Shown here in pieces: positions 8,607 through 18,824 of a stretch of 50,671 nt of DNA (positions are counted from its first letter, which is position 1; the number at the start of each line of letters is the position of its first letter). Position numbers and translations under genes: made by a program. The stretch is taken from positions 1-50,671 of the forward strand of contig CAYSSS010000004.1 of NCBI GenBank assembly GCA_964433975.1, in the 5' to 3' direction. The notes below the pieces were generated by a model that saw only the letters and a list, made by a program, of their open reading frames with translations, had not been told where the DNA came from and ran no database searches. This DNA is from an uncultured Planctomycetia bacterium (GTDB lineage Bacteria; Omnitrophota; Gorgyraeia; 2-01-FULL-45-10).

Positions 8607-9694
8607 TGTTATACTACATACTCTATTCACTCAAAGATCACTGGACCGGATTTAACGTATTCAAATACCTGACGGTTAGAACCGCCATGGCAAGCCTTAC
8701 GGCCCTGTTGATATCCCTTATATTCGGCCCGGCGATAATAAGATGGCTGAAGAAGCTGAATTTCGGGCAGTACATAAGAAGGGAGCACGTCGAGAGCCTG
8801 TACGATATCACCAAGCATAAGCAGGGGACTCCCACTATGGGCGGAGTTCTGATAATCGTTTCGATCGCGGTTGCCACCATTCTTTGGGCGGACATACTGA
8901 ATATCTATGTCTTGATGACGCTTGGAGCGTTTATATTTTTGGGAATAATCGGTTTTGCCGATGACTATATAAAGGTAGTCAAGAAGAGGAACCTCGGACT
9001 CACCGCTAATGTGAAATTATTAAGCCAGGTATTTCTCGCTCTTATCATAGCCACTTTCGTAATAGTCTTCACGCCAATACCCACCACTCTCAATGTACCG
9101 TTCTTGAAATTCTTTTCATTGGAATTGGGCCTGCTGTATCTGCTGTTCGTGGTCATAGTCATAACCGGTTCCAGTAACGCGGTAAATCTTACGGATGGTC
9201 TCGATGGCTTGGCTATAGGATGCACTATAATAGCGGCCATCTCTTATGCCGCGCTTACTTATATAACCGGAAACTTCAAGTTTGCAGATTATCTCAATAT
9301 ATTTTATCTGCCCGGCGCGGGAGAGCTCTCTGTTTTCTGCGCTGCCATGGTCGGAGCCGGGTTGGGGTTTTTGTGGTTCAATTCGCCCCCGGCCACTATA
9401 TTCATGGGAGACACCGGAAGTCTCGCCCTGGGAGGCGGGCTCGGGGTAGTGGCGGTATTTATTAAGAAGGAGCTTTTACTCTTTCTGGTGGGAGGGATAT
9501 TTGTTATTGAGGCATTATCCGTACTTTTGCAGGTGCTGTGGTTCAAGACTACAAGAAAGAGACTATTTTTGATGTCGCCTATACACCATCACTTTCAGCT
9601 TCTCGGCTGGCCGGAGCCGAAGATCACTGTGCGTTTCTGGATAGTGGCGATAATATTGATGCTCTTGAGCCTTGCGACGCTAAAATTACAATGA
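8606..9694 (+). CDS. mraY: Phospho-MurNAc-pentapeptide transferase MraY
   Basis: KQGTPTMGG, GFADDY, NAVNLTDGLDGL, FMGDTGSL, PIHHHF. GTG start overlaps the murF stop. Confidence 0.97.
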   Translation: MLYYILYSLKDHWTGFNVFKYLTVRTAMASLTALLISLIFGPAIIRWLKKLNFGQYIRREHVESLYDITKHKQGTPTMGGVLIIVSIAVATILWADILNIYVLMTLGAFIFLGIIGFADDYIKVVKKRNLGLTANVKLLSQVFLALIIATFVIVFTPIPTTLNVPFLKFFSLELGLLYLLFVVIVITGSSNAVNLTDGLDGLAIGCTIIAAISYAALTYITGNFKFADYLNIFYLPGAGELSVFCAAMVGAGLGFLWFNSPPATIFMGDTGSLALGGGLGVVAVFIKKELLLFLVGGIFVIEALSVLLQVLWFKTTRKRLFLMSPIHHHFQLLGWPEPKITVRFWIVAIILMLLSLATLKLQ

Positions 9695-11037
9695 TAAACA
9701 AGAGAGTAACTGTTATAGGTCTGGGTAATAGCGGGCTCAATGCCGCGCTTCTTCTGAAAGACGCCGGGGCGGCGGTCAGAGTTACAGAAAACCGGGAGAC
9801 CTTGGGCGTGAGAGAGAATGCCGCGATCCTGAAAGGGAGAGGAATAGCTTATGAGCTTGGCCGGCATACAAAAGATTTTATTCAGGATAGCGAGCTTGTG
9901 GTCATCTCTCCCGGCGTCGAAAATTCCTCGTCGGCCGTAAAGTGGGCAAACGAGCTCAACGTGCCGATAATAAGCGAGATGGAGCTTGGGTATAGATTCT
10001 GCAAAGGGAAGATCATAGCTATAACCGGAACCAACGGCAAGAGCACCGTCACCGCTCTTATCGGAGAGATCCTGAAAGACGGCGATAAAGATACCGTCGT
10101 CTGCGGTAACATAGGGAACTCCCTGTGCGGTGAAATATACCGGATAAAGAAAGATACGTGGGTGGTACTTGAGGTAAGCTCGTTCCAACTAGAGAGGGTC
10201 GTGGATTTTAAGCCCGCCGTCGCCGTCATACTTAACGTCACAGATGACCATATGGATAGATATGATAAATTCGAGAGCTACTTTAATGAAAAGATGAAGA
10301 TATTCAAGAACCAGGGCGAGACAGAGACGCTTATATTGAACCGCGACGCCAAAGAGCTTAAAGATGTGGAAGGCCGCGCGAGTTCGAAAGTTTTATATTA
10401 TTCGAGACTCTCTAAGGTCGACGGCTCTTTCCTGGAGGGCGACAGGATGGTTTGCAGCGCCGGCCCGAGAAAAGAAGATCTGTGCGCGCTGGAAGATATA
10501 AAGCTTAAGGGCCTGCACAATATTGAGAATCTTCTTGCCGCCGTGCTTGCCGGAACTTTAGCCGGCGTCAGGGCCGATTCTATGAAAGAGACCATAAAAA
10601 AGTTTACTGGATTAAGGCACAGGTTTGAGACCGTGTCGGTAATAGACGGGGTTGAGTACATTGATGACTCGAAGGGAACGACCGTGGACTCCACTTTAAG
10701 GGCCCTTGAGTCATGCACAAGGCCTGTTATATTGATAGCCGGAGGAAAGGATAAGAAGAGCGATTATTCGCTTGTAAGGGATATAGTAAGCAAGAGGGTC
10801 AAATGCCTCGTGCTGATAGGTGAGGCCAAGAACAGGATTAGAGAGCTTTTGGGAGAAGTTGTCGAGACCCGTGAGGCCGCCACCATGCAGGAGGCGGTAG
10901 AGCTATCCAGGGACCTTGCAAGGACCGACGATCTCGTCCTACTGTCGCCCATGTGTTCGAGCTTCGATATGTTTAAGGATTACAAGGAACGCGCGGAGGC
11001 ATTTAAAAAAGCCGTATTGGCTTTGGGGATGAAATGA
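9691..11037 (+). CDS. murD: UDP-MurNAc-L-Ala--D-Glu ligase MurD
   Basis: GLGNSG, ITGTNGKSTVT, GNIG, EVSSFQL, DDSKGT, LLSPMCSSFDMF. Confidence 0.97.
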   Translation: MINKRVTVIGLGNSGLNAALLLKDAGAAVRVTENRETLGVRENAAILKGRGIAYELGRHTKDFIQDSELVVISPGVENSSSAVKWANELNVPIISEMELGYRFCKGKIIAITGTNGKSTVTALIGEILKDGDKDTVVCGNIGNSLCGEIYRIKKDTWVVLEVSSFQLERVVDFKPAVAVILNVTDDHMDRYDKFESYFNEKMKIFKNQGETETLILNRDAKELKDVEGRASSKVLYYSRLSKVDGSFLEGDRMVCSAGPRKEDLCALEDIKLKGLHNIENLLAAVLAGTLAGVRADSMKETIKKFTGLRHRFETVSVIDGVEYIDDSKGTTVDSTLRALESCTRPVILIAGGKDKKSDYSLVRDIVSKRVKCLVLIGEAKNRIRELLGEVVETREAATMQEAVELSRDLARTDDLVLLSPMCSSFDMFKDYKERAEAFKKAVLALGMK

Positions 11038-12128
11038 GATCAACGCGTTCTTCTATTTTTATGATAGTGGTCGTCCTGATAGCGGTCGGGATCGTGATGA
11101 TATATTCCACAAGCGCCATCTATGCCAACGAGAAGATGGGCGATAGTCTCTACTTCCTGAAGAGGCACCTTGTCTATCTTGTGGTAGGCCTATTCATGAT
11201 GCTCTCGGTTATGGCCGTAAAATTACAGACGATAAAAAAATATTCAAAAGCAATAATGGTATTTTCTATAATGCTTTTGGTGATTGTTCTCATACCGCAC
11301 ATAGGCAGGGAGGCGGCAGGAGCCAGGAGATGGTTCAGGATAGGGCCGCTCAATTTTCAGCCGTCCGAATTCGCCAAGATCGCCATATTAATATATCTGG
11401 CCGATCTTCTGGCCAGGAAAGAGAAGCTCGTGAAAAGCTTTATTCACGGATATCTGCCGCCGGTTCTAGCATTGGGTTTGGTCCTGGGACTCATACTCCT
11501 GGAGCCGGATCTTGGGACCGCGATAGCCATATCGGCTGTAAGCGTCATCATGCTCTTTGTGAGCGGGGTCAGGGTAAGCTATATCTTTGCGTCGATACTT
11601 GCCAGCATTCCGGCGCTTTATTTTCTTCTTTTCAGGGTTCCTTACAGGAGAAAGAGGATGATGATATTTCTGAATCCGTGGTCGGATAAGAGGGGCGCCG
11701 GATTTCAGATCATACAATCATTCGTAGCGCTCGGTTCCGGCGGCCTGTTGGGCGTAGGCCTGGGGCAGTCCAGGCAGAAGCTCTTCTATCTGCCGGCATC
11801 GCACACCGATTTTATATTTTCAATAATAGGAGAAGAGCTCGGTTTCTTAGGCTCGGCCGCGGTCGTAACCCTATTTATACTATTTGTGTGGGAAGGAATG
11901 AAGATAACGTTTAAGGCGCATGGCAGATTCGAGAAGTTATTGAGCATGGCACTCGTTTCGCTGATAGCGCTGGAGGCCATTATAAATATAGGAGTCACGG
12001 CCGGGGTGCTGCCGACTAAAGGGCTACCGCTGCCTTTCATAAGTTATGGCGGAACATCATTGATATTTCATTTAACTGCGGTCGGGCTGCTTTTGAATAT
12101 AGCCAAATCGAGCGAGGTATACAGATAG
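11034..12128 (+). CDS. ftsW: SEDS peptidoglycan polymerase FtsW
   Basis: GARRW, QPSEFAK, EPDLGT, HTDFIFSIIGEELG, LPFISYGG. Confidence 0.96.
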   Translation: MRSTRSSIFMIVVVLIAVGIVMIYSTSAIYANEKMGDSLYFLKRHLVYLVVGLFMMLSVMAVKLQTIKKYSKAIMVFSIMLLVIVLIPHIGREAAGARRWFRIGPLNFQPSEFAKIAILIYLADLLARKEKLVKSFIHGYLPPVLALGLVLGLILLEPDLGTAIAISAVSVIMLFVSGVRVSYIFASILASIPALYFLLFRVPYRRKRMMIFLNPWSDKRGAGFQIIQSFVALGSGGLLGVGLGQSRQKLFYLPASHTDFIFSIIGEELGFLGSAAVVTLFILFVWEGMKITFKAHGRFEKLLSMALVSLIALEAIINIGVTAGVLPTKGLPLPFISYGGTSLIFHLTAVGLLLNIAKSSEVYR

Positions 12129-13228
12129 TGAAGATATTGATAGTTTCCGGGGGATCAGGGGGCCATATATTTCCGGCGGTTGCTCTTGCCGAAGAGCTTG
12201 GACTTGAGGGATCTTCCGCCGAGATATTGTTCATTGGAAGCAACAAGGCCCTGGATAGAAGGATATTCGAAAAGGAAGGCTTTAAATACCGCCTCTTGTC
12301 CGACAACAAGCTTCCTTATCGAGCTTCTTTCAAGACGCTTTTCTTTCTATTCAAGCTATCGATCGATATCTTAAGATCCCTTGCGATCATTATGAATTAC
12401 AGGCCTGATGCCGTAGTGGGTTTTGGCGGATATGTCTCGGTGCCTGTGATGGCGGCGGCGTATATTTTTGGTGTTCCAAGGATCGTCCATGAGCAGAACG
12501 CCGTACCCGGCAAGGCCAACGCCATGCTATTCCGTTTCGCGGACCGTATAGCCGTAAGTTTTGAGGAGACAAAAAAATACCTCGGGGCTTACGCCAGGAA
12601 GGTTGTATTCACCGGCAATCCCATAAGAGCGGCCCTTTTAAAAGATGACAAAGCCGGAAATATCAAAAGACTGGGCCTCGATCCGAATAAATTCTCTATA
12701 CTTGTAATAGGAGGCAGTCAAGGAGCTCATAATCTAAATAAATCCTTTCTTAAAGCGCTGTCGAAGATGGACTCAAGTGTCACGCGGTCTTTACAGGTGA
12801 TACATATAACAGGTGTAACCGATTACGGATGGGTGAGCGCTGCTTACAAGGAGTTATCCGTGGAGCACCGCGTGCATTCATTTTTGGACAGGATAGAGGA
12901 GGCTTACAGCGCCTCCGATCTTGTTGTGACGAGAAGCGGAGCGTCCGCGATATTCGAGATAGCCTATTTCGGCAGGCCCATGATACTGATCCCGTACCCG
13001 TTTGCTATGGGCCACCAATATGAGAACGCGCGTATATTCTGCGCCAAAGGCGCGGCTTTAGAAATTGATGAAAAAGAGCTCTCTCCCGACATCATGAGGG
13101 ATAGAATAGAGGGGCTCTTAAAGGACAGGAATAAGTTGTCCGACATGGGAGAGTCCGCCAGGCGTATTAGTGTGCCGGATTCGTCACGCAGCCTAGCTCT
13201 GGCGGTATTAAATATAAGGAAGAGATAA
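12128..13228 (+). CDS. murG: Lipid II GlcNAc transferase MurG
   Basis: GGSGGHIFP, GFGGYVS, HEQN, GNPIR, GGSQGA, RSGAS. Confidence 0.97.
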   Translation: MKILIVSGGSGGHIFPAVALAEELGLEGSSAEILFIGSNKALDRRIFEKEGFKYRLLSDNKLPYRASFKTLFFLFKLSIDILRSLAIIMNYRPDAVVGFGGYVSVPVMAAAYIFGVPRIVHEQNAVPGKANAMLFRFADRIAVSFEETKKYLGAYARKVVFTGNPIRAALLKDDKAGNIKRLGLDPNKFSILVIGGSQGAHNLNKSFLKALSKMDSSVTRSLQVIHITGVTDYGWVSAAYKELSVEHRVHSFLDRIEEAYSASDLVVTRSGASAIFEIAYFGRPMILIPYPFAMGHQYENARIFCAKGAALEIDEKELSPDIMRDRIEGLLKDRNKLSDMGESARRISVPDSSRSLALAVLNIRKR

Positions 13229-13230
13229 GA

Positions 13231-14604
13231 ATGATATTAGAGAAGAATAATATTCACTTCATAGGCATAGGCGGAATAGGTATGAGCGGCATAGCGCTTG
13301 TGCTCCTGAGGATGGGGTATAAAGTATCGGGTTCGGATCTGGGATCGAACAATCTGACCGATAAGTTGGTTGCCGAGGGGGCCGGGATCCGTTTAGGGCA
13401 CGATAATGATAATATACCGGCTGATACGGAGGTTGTAGTATACTCCTCATCGATAAATGATTCCAACCCCGAGATTCTGGAGGCGCATAGAAGGAACCTT
13501 CTCATCGTGAAGAGAGCTCAGGCGCTTGCGGAATTATTGAATGGCAAGAAGGGAATAGCCGTTACGGGGACTCATGGTAAGACAACTACAAGCTCACTGA
13601 TATCGGTGATGCTTGAGAACTGCGGCCTAGACCCGAGTGCGATCATAGGCGGGGAGGTGGAACTCTTTAAAGGGAACTCAAAATACGGTAAAAGCGAATA
13701 TGTTGTCGCGGAAGCGGATGAGAGCGACGGGTCGTTCCTGTACTTAAAACCGTTCTACTCCGTGATAACGAACGTGGAGATGGAGCATATAGACTATTAT
13801 ACAACGCTTGAGGATGCCATAGATTCCTATACCGCTTTCGCCAATAACACAAAAAAGGGAGGGTGCCTTTTCTATAACGCCGAAGACGGGAATATAGAAA
13901 AAGTTCTGAAGAATTTCAAAGGAAATAGAGAGAGCTTCGGATTATCGAAAGGAGCCGACATATATCCGCACGAAATAATGATGAATGAATTTTATACCTC
14001 CTATGTTTGCGTCTACAAAAATGAGATCATTGGCAGGGTATCTTTGCGCATCCCGGGCAAACATAATATCTCAAACAGCCTTGCCGCTATACTCGTCGGA
14101 TTCAAACTCGGCCTTTCATTCGAGGAGATATGCCGCTCTATACAGGATTTTACCGGGACTAAAAGACGATTTCACATGAGAGCGAATGTTGAAGGCGTTA
14201 TGCTGATAGACGATTACGCCCACCATCCCACCGAAATACGCGCGGTTTTGGACGCCTGCAGAAACTGGAAGGATAGAAGGTTGGTAGTGGTATTCCAGCC
14301 GCATCGCTATACAAGGACGAAGTTCCTAGCGGAAGAGTTTGGCAGATGTTTCAAAGGTGCCGATAAATTGATACTCACTGACATATACGGCGCCAGCGAG
14401 GATCCTATAGAGGGCGTTTCCGTAAAAAATATTTATGACAGGGTAAGACTGCACGGCCTAAACGATGTTGAGATGATGAGCAAAGAAAAGATCACCCGGC
14501 ATATAATGGATACCAAGAGACGCGGCGATATAATAGTAGTGCTGGGAGCGGGTGACATAAAAGAGGTAAGCGATGAACTTTCCGAGAGGCTTAATAAAAG
14601 GTAA
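13231..14604 (+). CDS. murC: UDP-MurNAc--L-Ala ligase MurC
   Basis: IGIGGIGMSG, GTHGKTTT, EADESD, DDYAHHPTE, FQPHRYTRT. Confidence 0.98.
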   Translation: MILEKNNIHFIGIGGIGMSGIALVLLRMGYKVSGSDLGSNNLTDKLVAEGAGIRLGHDNDNIPADTEVVVYSSSINDSNPEILEAHRRNLLIVKRAQALAELLNGKKGIAVTGTHGKTTTSSLISVMLENCGLDPSAIIGGEVELFKGNSKYGKSEYVVAEADESDGSFLYLKPFYSVITNVEMEHIDYYTTLEDAIDSYTAFANNTKKGGCLFYNAEDGNIEKVLKNFKGNRESFGLSKGADIYPHEIMMNEFYTSYVCVYKNEIIGRVSLRIPGKHNISNSLAAILVGFKLGLSFEEICRSIQDFTGTKRRFHMRANVEGVMLIDDYAHHPTEIRAVLDACRNWKDRRLVVVFQPHRYTRTKFLAEEFGRCFKGADKLILTDIYGASEDPIEGVSVKNIYDRVRLHGLNDVEMMSKEKITRHIMDTKRRGDIIVVLGAGDIKEVSDELSERLNKR

Positions 14605-15472
14605 TATAGCTTTGGGCGAGAAGCTGGGGCGCCATACGTCCTTAAGGATCGGTGGGCCCGCGGCTGTTTGGGCCCAGCCCCGGGATGTAAAAGAACTGAA
14701 GAGGCTGGTGATCTTTGCCGCCGAGAAGCGTATACCAATATTTATAATGGGCGGCGGGACGAATGTGCTGGTAAGAGATGAAGGTTTTAAGGGTATAGTG
14801 ATAAATTTGGGTGCGAGCGCTTTCAGGGATATCAGGATCAGCGGCACCGCGATAAAGATAGGGGCTGGGTATAGCGTTCCGGCATTGGTCAGGTTATGCT
14901 GTGATCGGGGATTGAGCGGCCTGGAATCGCTCATAGGGATACCCGGAACCGTCGGGGGCGCCGTATGCATGAATGCCGGCGGCTGGTCCAGCCCCTTATA
15001 TAAAAATATAGGCGATTATGTTACGAGCCTGAAGGTGATGGACAGGCGTGGATATGTCAAGACTCTCAGGAAAGATGCCCTCTCTTTCGGTTACAGGTCC
15101 TCAAACCTTTTGGCCTATATAATACTTGAAGCGAGGCTTGAGTTGAGCAAGGAGAAGAGCGCGGCCCTTAAATCGAGGTGCTCGAAGTTTCTGAAGATGA
15201 AGAGAGGCAAGCAGGTCCTCGATATGCCGAGCGCCGGCTGCGTCTTTAAGAACCCGCAGGATTCCCAATTTACCACAGGGCAGATGATCGATATGCTGGG
15301 ATTGAAGGGGCGCGTAATAGGCGGAGCACAGGTCTCGGAGAGACACGCCAATTTTATAATTAACAGAGATCGCGCCAGCTGTAAAGACGTACTGAAGCTC
15401 GTAGATATGATAAGGAAAAAGGTGATGGATAACTATAATATCGCGCTTGAGCTGGAGATAAAGATCATATAG
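14573..15472 (+). CDS. murB: UDP-N-acetylenolpyruvoylglucosamine reductase MurB
   Basis: IGGPA, GGGTN, GIPGTVGGAVCMNAG, SAGCVFKNP, HANFIIN. Confidence 0.96.
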   Translation: MNFPRGLIKGNIALGEKLGRHTSLRIGGPAAVWAQPRDVKELKRLVIFAAEKRIPIFIMGGGTNVLVRDEGFKGIVINLGASAFRDIRISGTAIKIGAGYSVPALVRLCCDRGLSGLESLIGIPGTVGGAVCMNAGGWSSPLYKNIGDYVTSLKVMDRRGYVKTLRKDALSFGYRSSNLLAYIILEARLELSKEKSAALKSRCSKFLKMKRGKQVLDMPSAGCVFKNPQDSQFTTGQMIDMLGLKGRVIGGAQVSERHANFIINRDRASCKDVLKLVDMIRKKVMDNYNIALELEIKII

Positions 15473-15500
15473 TCCATAGTTGATCTTCAAGGAAGTTACA

Positions 15501-16424
15501 ATGAATAGCAAATTTGGGAGAATCGGGGTCTTGGCCGGCGGGCCGTCCAGCGAAAGAGAGATAAGCCTGCGGTCAGGAAGGGCCGTCCATGACGCGCTGA
15601 TTAAGGAAGGGCTCGATTCTCTATTCCTCGATGTGAAGAATGATATCAGCGAGATCGTAAAGAATGGCCGCATAGACGTGGCCTTCATAGCGCTCCACGG
15701 GAGGTTCGGAGAGGATGGGACGGTTCAGAGAATTCTTGAAGATGCAGGCATTCCTTATACCGGTTCCGGGGTTGAGGCATCTGCTGCCGCGCTTGATAAG
15801 GCCGCATCGAAAGACCTCTTCACCAGGAACCTTATTCCGGTGCCGAGACACATAGTGTTGATCAAGGGGCTTTCCGTCCCGTACGACTTCAATAAGATTG
15901 GGATGCCGATCGTGGTAAAACCCCATCTGGAAGGCTCCAGTATCGGTTTGTCGGTAGTAAGAGAGGAGAGTCTGTTGCAGGAAGCTATAGATAGAGCGTT
16001 TAAATACGGAGATAAGGTCATTCTGGAGGAATATATAAACGGCAGAGAGCTTACCGTGGGCATACTCGGCGACGAAGCGCTGCCCGTTATTGAAATAGTC
16101 TCCAAGGATAAAGTTTACGACTATTACGCCAAATATGAAGACTTAGATACCAAATATCTTGTGCCGGCGCCTATACCGGAAGATCTTTCAGGAGAAGCCC
16201 GAAGGCTTGGCATGCGGGCGCACAAAACGTTGGGTTGCAGGTCGTTTTCCCGGGTCGATATGATGATGGCTCCATCAGGTGATATATTTGTGCTCGAGGT
16301 CAATACCATACCCGGTATGACAGAACGCAGTTTACTGCCGAAAGCGGCCTTAGCTACGGGTTTGCGTTTTGGCTCCCTTTGTGTTAGAATCCTTGAAGAC
16401 GCCGTAACAGCGAGCAAGGGGTGA
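15501..16424 (+). CDS. ddl: D-alanine--D-alanine ligase
   Basis: GGPSSEREISLRSG, LHGRFGEDG, GSSIG, YDYYAKY, EVNTIPGMT. Confidence 0.97.
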   Translation: MNSKFGRIGVLAGGPSSEREISLRSGRAVHDALIKEGLDSLFLDVKNDISEIVKNGRIDVAFIALHGRFGEDGTVQRILEDAGIPYTGSGVEASAAALDKAASKDLFTRNLIPVPRHIVLIKGLSVPYDFNKIGMPIVVKPHLEGSSIGLSVVREESLLQEAIDRAFKYGDKVILEEYINGRELTVGILGDEALPVIEIVSKDKVYDYYAKYEDLDTKYLVPAPIPEDLSGEARRLGMRAHKTLGCRSFSRVDMMMAPSGDIFVLEVNTIPGMTERSLLPKAALATGLRFGSLCVRILEDAVTASKG

Positions 16425-16427
16425 AGA

Positions 16428-17204
16428 ATGGCAAAGCAGAAGAAGTTTAAAAAGATGCGGATGCCCAAAGTGCAGAAGATGCACTGGGTAGGAGCTGTTA
16501 TCTCAACGATATTTATAGTATCGTCATGGCTACTTGTTACTGCATTCCTGGCTCGGTCAGACTACTTCAAGCTTAGATCCGTAGAAACCAGCGGCGCCGC
16601 GGAGAGAAGCCTGTTATCCGCGAGGAACGAGATATTGGCGGGTTATAAAGGTGAAAATATATTCAAGATAGACCTCAAGGCGATAGCAAGCGGCCTTGAG
16701 CCTAAATACCCGGACGCCAAAGAGATAGCGGTTAAGCGGATACTGCCCGACACGTTAACTATAGAACTTAATTTCCGCAGGCCCGTAGCTATGCTGAGTA
16801 ACGGGCGCAATTTCCCGGTAGACCGGGATGGGGTAATACTCGTTAATAGAGACCTTTCGAACCTGGGGGATCTTCCTGTAATAAAGGGCGTGAATCCCAA
16901 ATACGCCGGGAGGTTCAGAAAAAAATGTGAATCTGCCAATCTTAAGGCGGCCCTCGAGCTTATTGAAGTTATAAATAGAACAAGGTTTTTGGATAAGTAC
17001 CGCGTGAGGGTTTTGGATGCAAGCGATATGAGAAGTATGTCCTTCGCTCTCGGGGAAAGCGGCCCAACCATAATAATAGGGTATGAACACCTTAAGGATA
17101 GGCTTGAGGCGCTCCACGATACGTTAAGGGATCCGCGCCTTGTGCTCGATAGTATAAGTTATATAGATGTAAGGTTTAAAGACATAGCCATAAGTCCGAA
17201 ATGA
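16428..17204 (+). CDS. ftsQ: Cell division protein FtsQ/DivIB
   Basis: Basic N-terminus, single TM, POTRA-like region (VKRILPDTL), C-terminal YIDVRF; lies between ddl and ftsA. Confidence 0.85.
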   Translation: MAKQKKFKKMRMPKVQKMHWVGAVISTIFIVSSWLLVTAFLARSDYFKLRSVETSGAAERSLLSARNEILAGYKGENIFKIDLKAIASGLEPKYPDAKEIAVKRILPDTLTIELNFRRPVAMLSNGRNFPVDRDGVILVNRDLSNLGDLPVIKGVNPKYAGRFRKKCESANLKAALELIEVINRTRFLDKYRVRVLDASDMRSMSFALGESGPTIIIGYEHLKDRLEALHDTLRDPRLVLDSISYIDVRFKDIAISPK

Positions 17205-18274
17205 TAAAGAAGCCTTATACGATTACCGGCCTCGACATAGGTTCGTCGAAAATATCCGCAGCGACGCTTGAGATATTTGACGGGACCCGGTCGAGGATAC
17301 TCGCGTACGAGAGCCAGCCGTCGAAGGGCGTCTTCAGGGGGGGCGTGGTGAGCCTCGACGAGGCCTCCGGCTCAGTTGCCAAAGTTTTAACGAAGCTTAC
17401 CGGGAAGATATCCAGGCCACAGGGGAATATCTACGTTAATATTAGCGGTGACACCGTATCGGGAGAGAGATCCCGTGGCATGATCCCATTATCCTCAAGG
17501 GGCAGGGAAGTCACGAGGTCAGACATGGCCAAATGCGTAAATGCAGCAGGCACCATAAGGCTGCCGTTCGACAGGGAGATCATACATAGAATCGTCCTGA
17601 ACTACTCCATCGACGATCAGCCGGCCATAAAGAACCCACTTGGCCTTTATGCTTCTAGGCTGTCGTGTGAGATGTATATGATAACGGCGGGAATCAACCA
17701 TATAGAGAATCTTTATAAATGTGTCGATAACGCCGGATACGATATCGAGGGAGTCGTCTATTCCGGGGTAGCAGAGGGAGCCGTACTTTTGAAGGACGCC
17801 TGGAAGGACGAGGGCGTTCTTCTCCTGAATATAGGTGCTTCGCTTACGGAGATATCGATATTCTCCGGGGGCGTATTAAGCGCTATGAGCGTAATACCTG
17901 CCGGCGCCGTTGATATAAAAGGAGATCTCAGGGCAAGCGCTGAGTTTGATAGTATCGTCTCCAGCGTCAAGGCAAAGTGCGAAGAGTTCTCAAGTAAGGG
18001 CGAGAATATAAAGCTGGCGGTGATCGCCGGCGGATTTACTTTTTCGGAAGGGGCGGTCGACATTCTTGAGGAGAAGTTATCCTATCCTGTGAAGATGGGG
18101 GTCGTAAAGAATGTGCAGGGCAATATATCGAGCATCGACAGTATGCGAGGTTTGACCGCAATAGGACTTGCAAGATACGCGCAGGTAGAGTACCATCCTA
18201 AGCCGTTTCAGACAAAGGGCCTTGCTAAGGACATATCCGATAAGGTCGTGGATATATTCAATAACTATTTTTAG
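17201..18274 (+). CDS. ftsA: Cell division protein FtsA, shortened (357 aa)
   Basis: GLDIGSSKI phosphate-1 motif, 1C/SHS2 region, TAIGL and C-terminal amphipathic helix. The subdomain 2B region is short and phosphate-2 is degenerate (NIGASLT). Confidence 0.88.
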   Translation: MIKKPYTITGLDIGSSKISAATLEIFDGTRSRILAYESQPSKGVFRGGVVSLDEASGSVAKVLTKLTGKISRPQGNIYVNISGDTVSGERSRGMIPLSSRGREVTRSDMAKCVNAAGTIRLPFDREIIHRIVLNYSIDDQPAIKNPLGLYASRLSCEMYMITAGINHIENLYKCVDNAGYDIEGVVYSGVAEGAVLLKDAWKDEGVLLLNIGASLTEISIFSGGVLSAMSVIPAGAVDIKGDLRASAEFDSIVSSVKAKCEEFSSKGENIKLAVIAGGFTFSEGAVDILEEKLSYPVKMGVVKNVQGNISSIDSMRGLTAIGLARYAQVEYHPKPFQTKGLAKDISDKVVDIFNNYF

Positions 18275-18336
18275 GGCCCTTCAACAAAAGCTCGTGATAC
18301 TACCATGACGGGTAAGGATGAAAGATAGGAGCGGAT

Positions 18337-18780
18337 ATGCTGTATACGAAAGAGAGACGGCATTTTATAAGGCATCCGATCTGTTATCCTCTGGAATTCG
18401 AACATGCTCCGAAGAAGATTAAGGAGAGGACCAAGACCCTGAATGTGAGCGAAGGCGGTCTTCTCTTTCTTTCCAAACATCCTATTAAGAAGAACGAGAT
18501 TATAATACTTAAAATGCCTTTGCAGGACAAGGTCTTCAGGATTAGGGCCAGGGTGATGCACGCCGCTAAAGACAGGGATAATACCGGTCTCTTCAATATA
18601 GGGGTCTCATTCTATCGCTATTCGGACGCTTTTAAGGTAAAACTCGTAGAGCAGCTCTATCTAATAGATGAATACAGGATGTTGCGGTCGCTCCAGCTTG
18701 GTCATGAGTTGTCGATGCAGAAGGCGTCCGAACAATGGATAAAGCGCTATTCAAAAAGGTTTGCAAGGTTATATTGGTAA
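18337..18780 (+). CDS. PilZ-domain protein
   Basis: ERRHFIR (RxxxR) and NVSEGG (D/NxSxxG) c-di-GMP motifs, plus a helical C-terminal extension. Confidence 0.85.
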   Translation: MLYTKERRHFIRHPICYPLEFEHAPKKIKERTKTLNVSEGGLLFLSKHPIKKNEIIILKMPLQDKVFRIRARVMHAAKDRDNTGLFNIGVSFYRYSDAFKVKLVEQLYLIDEYRMLRSLQLGHELSMQKASEQWIKRYSKRFARLYW

Positions 18781-18824
18781 AACGTCACTCGCAAAAAAAG
18801 AGGATCTATTTTTATAAAGAAATG

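Noticed and set aside
8474-9690. Long N-terminal extensions of mraY and murD (likewise murF, waaA, lptC/A, tig, clpP) in the ORF track
   Set aside because: Longest-ORF artefacts; downstream starts overlap the previous stop or follow an RBS and give typical protein lengths.
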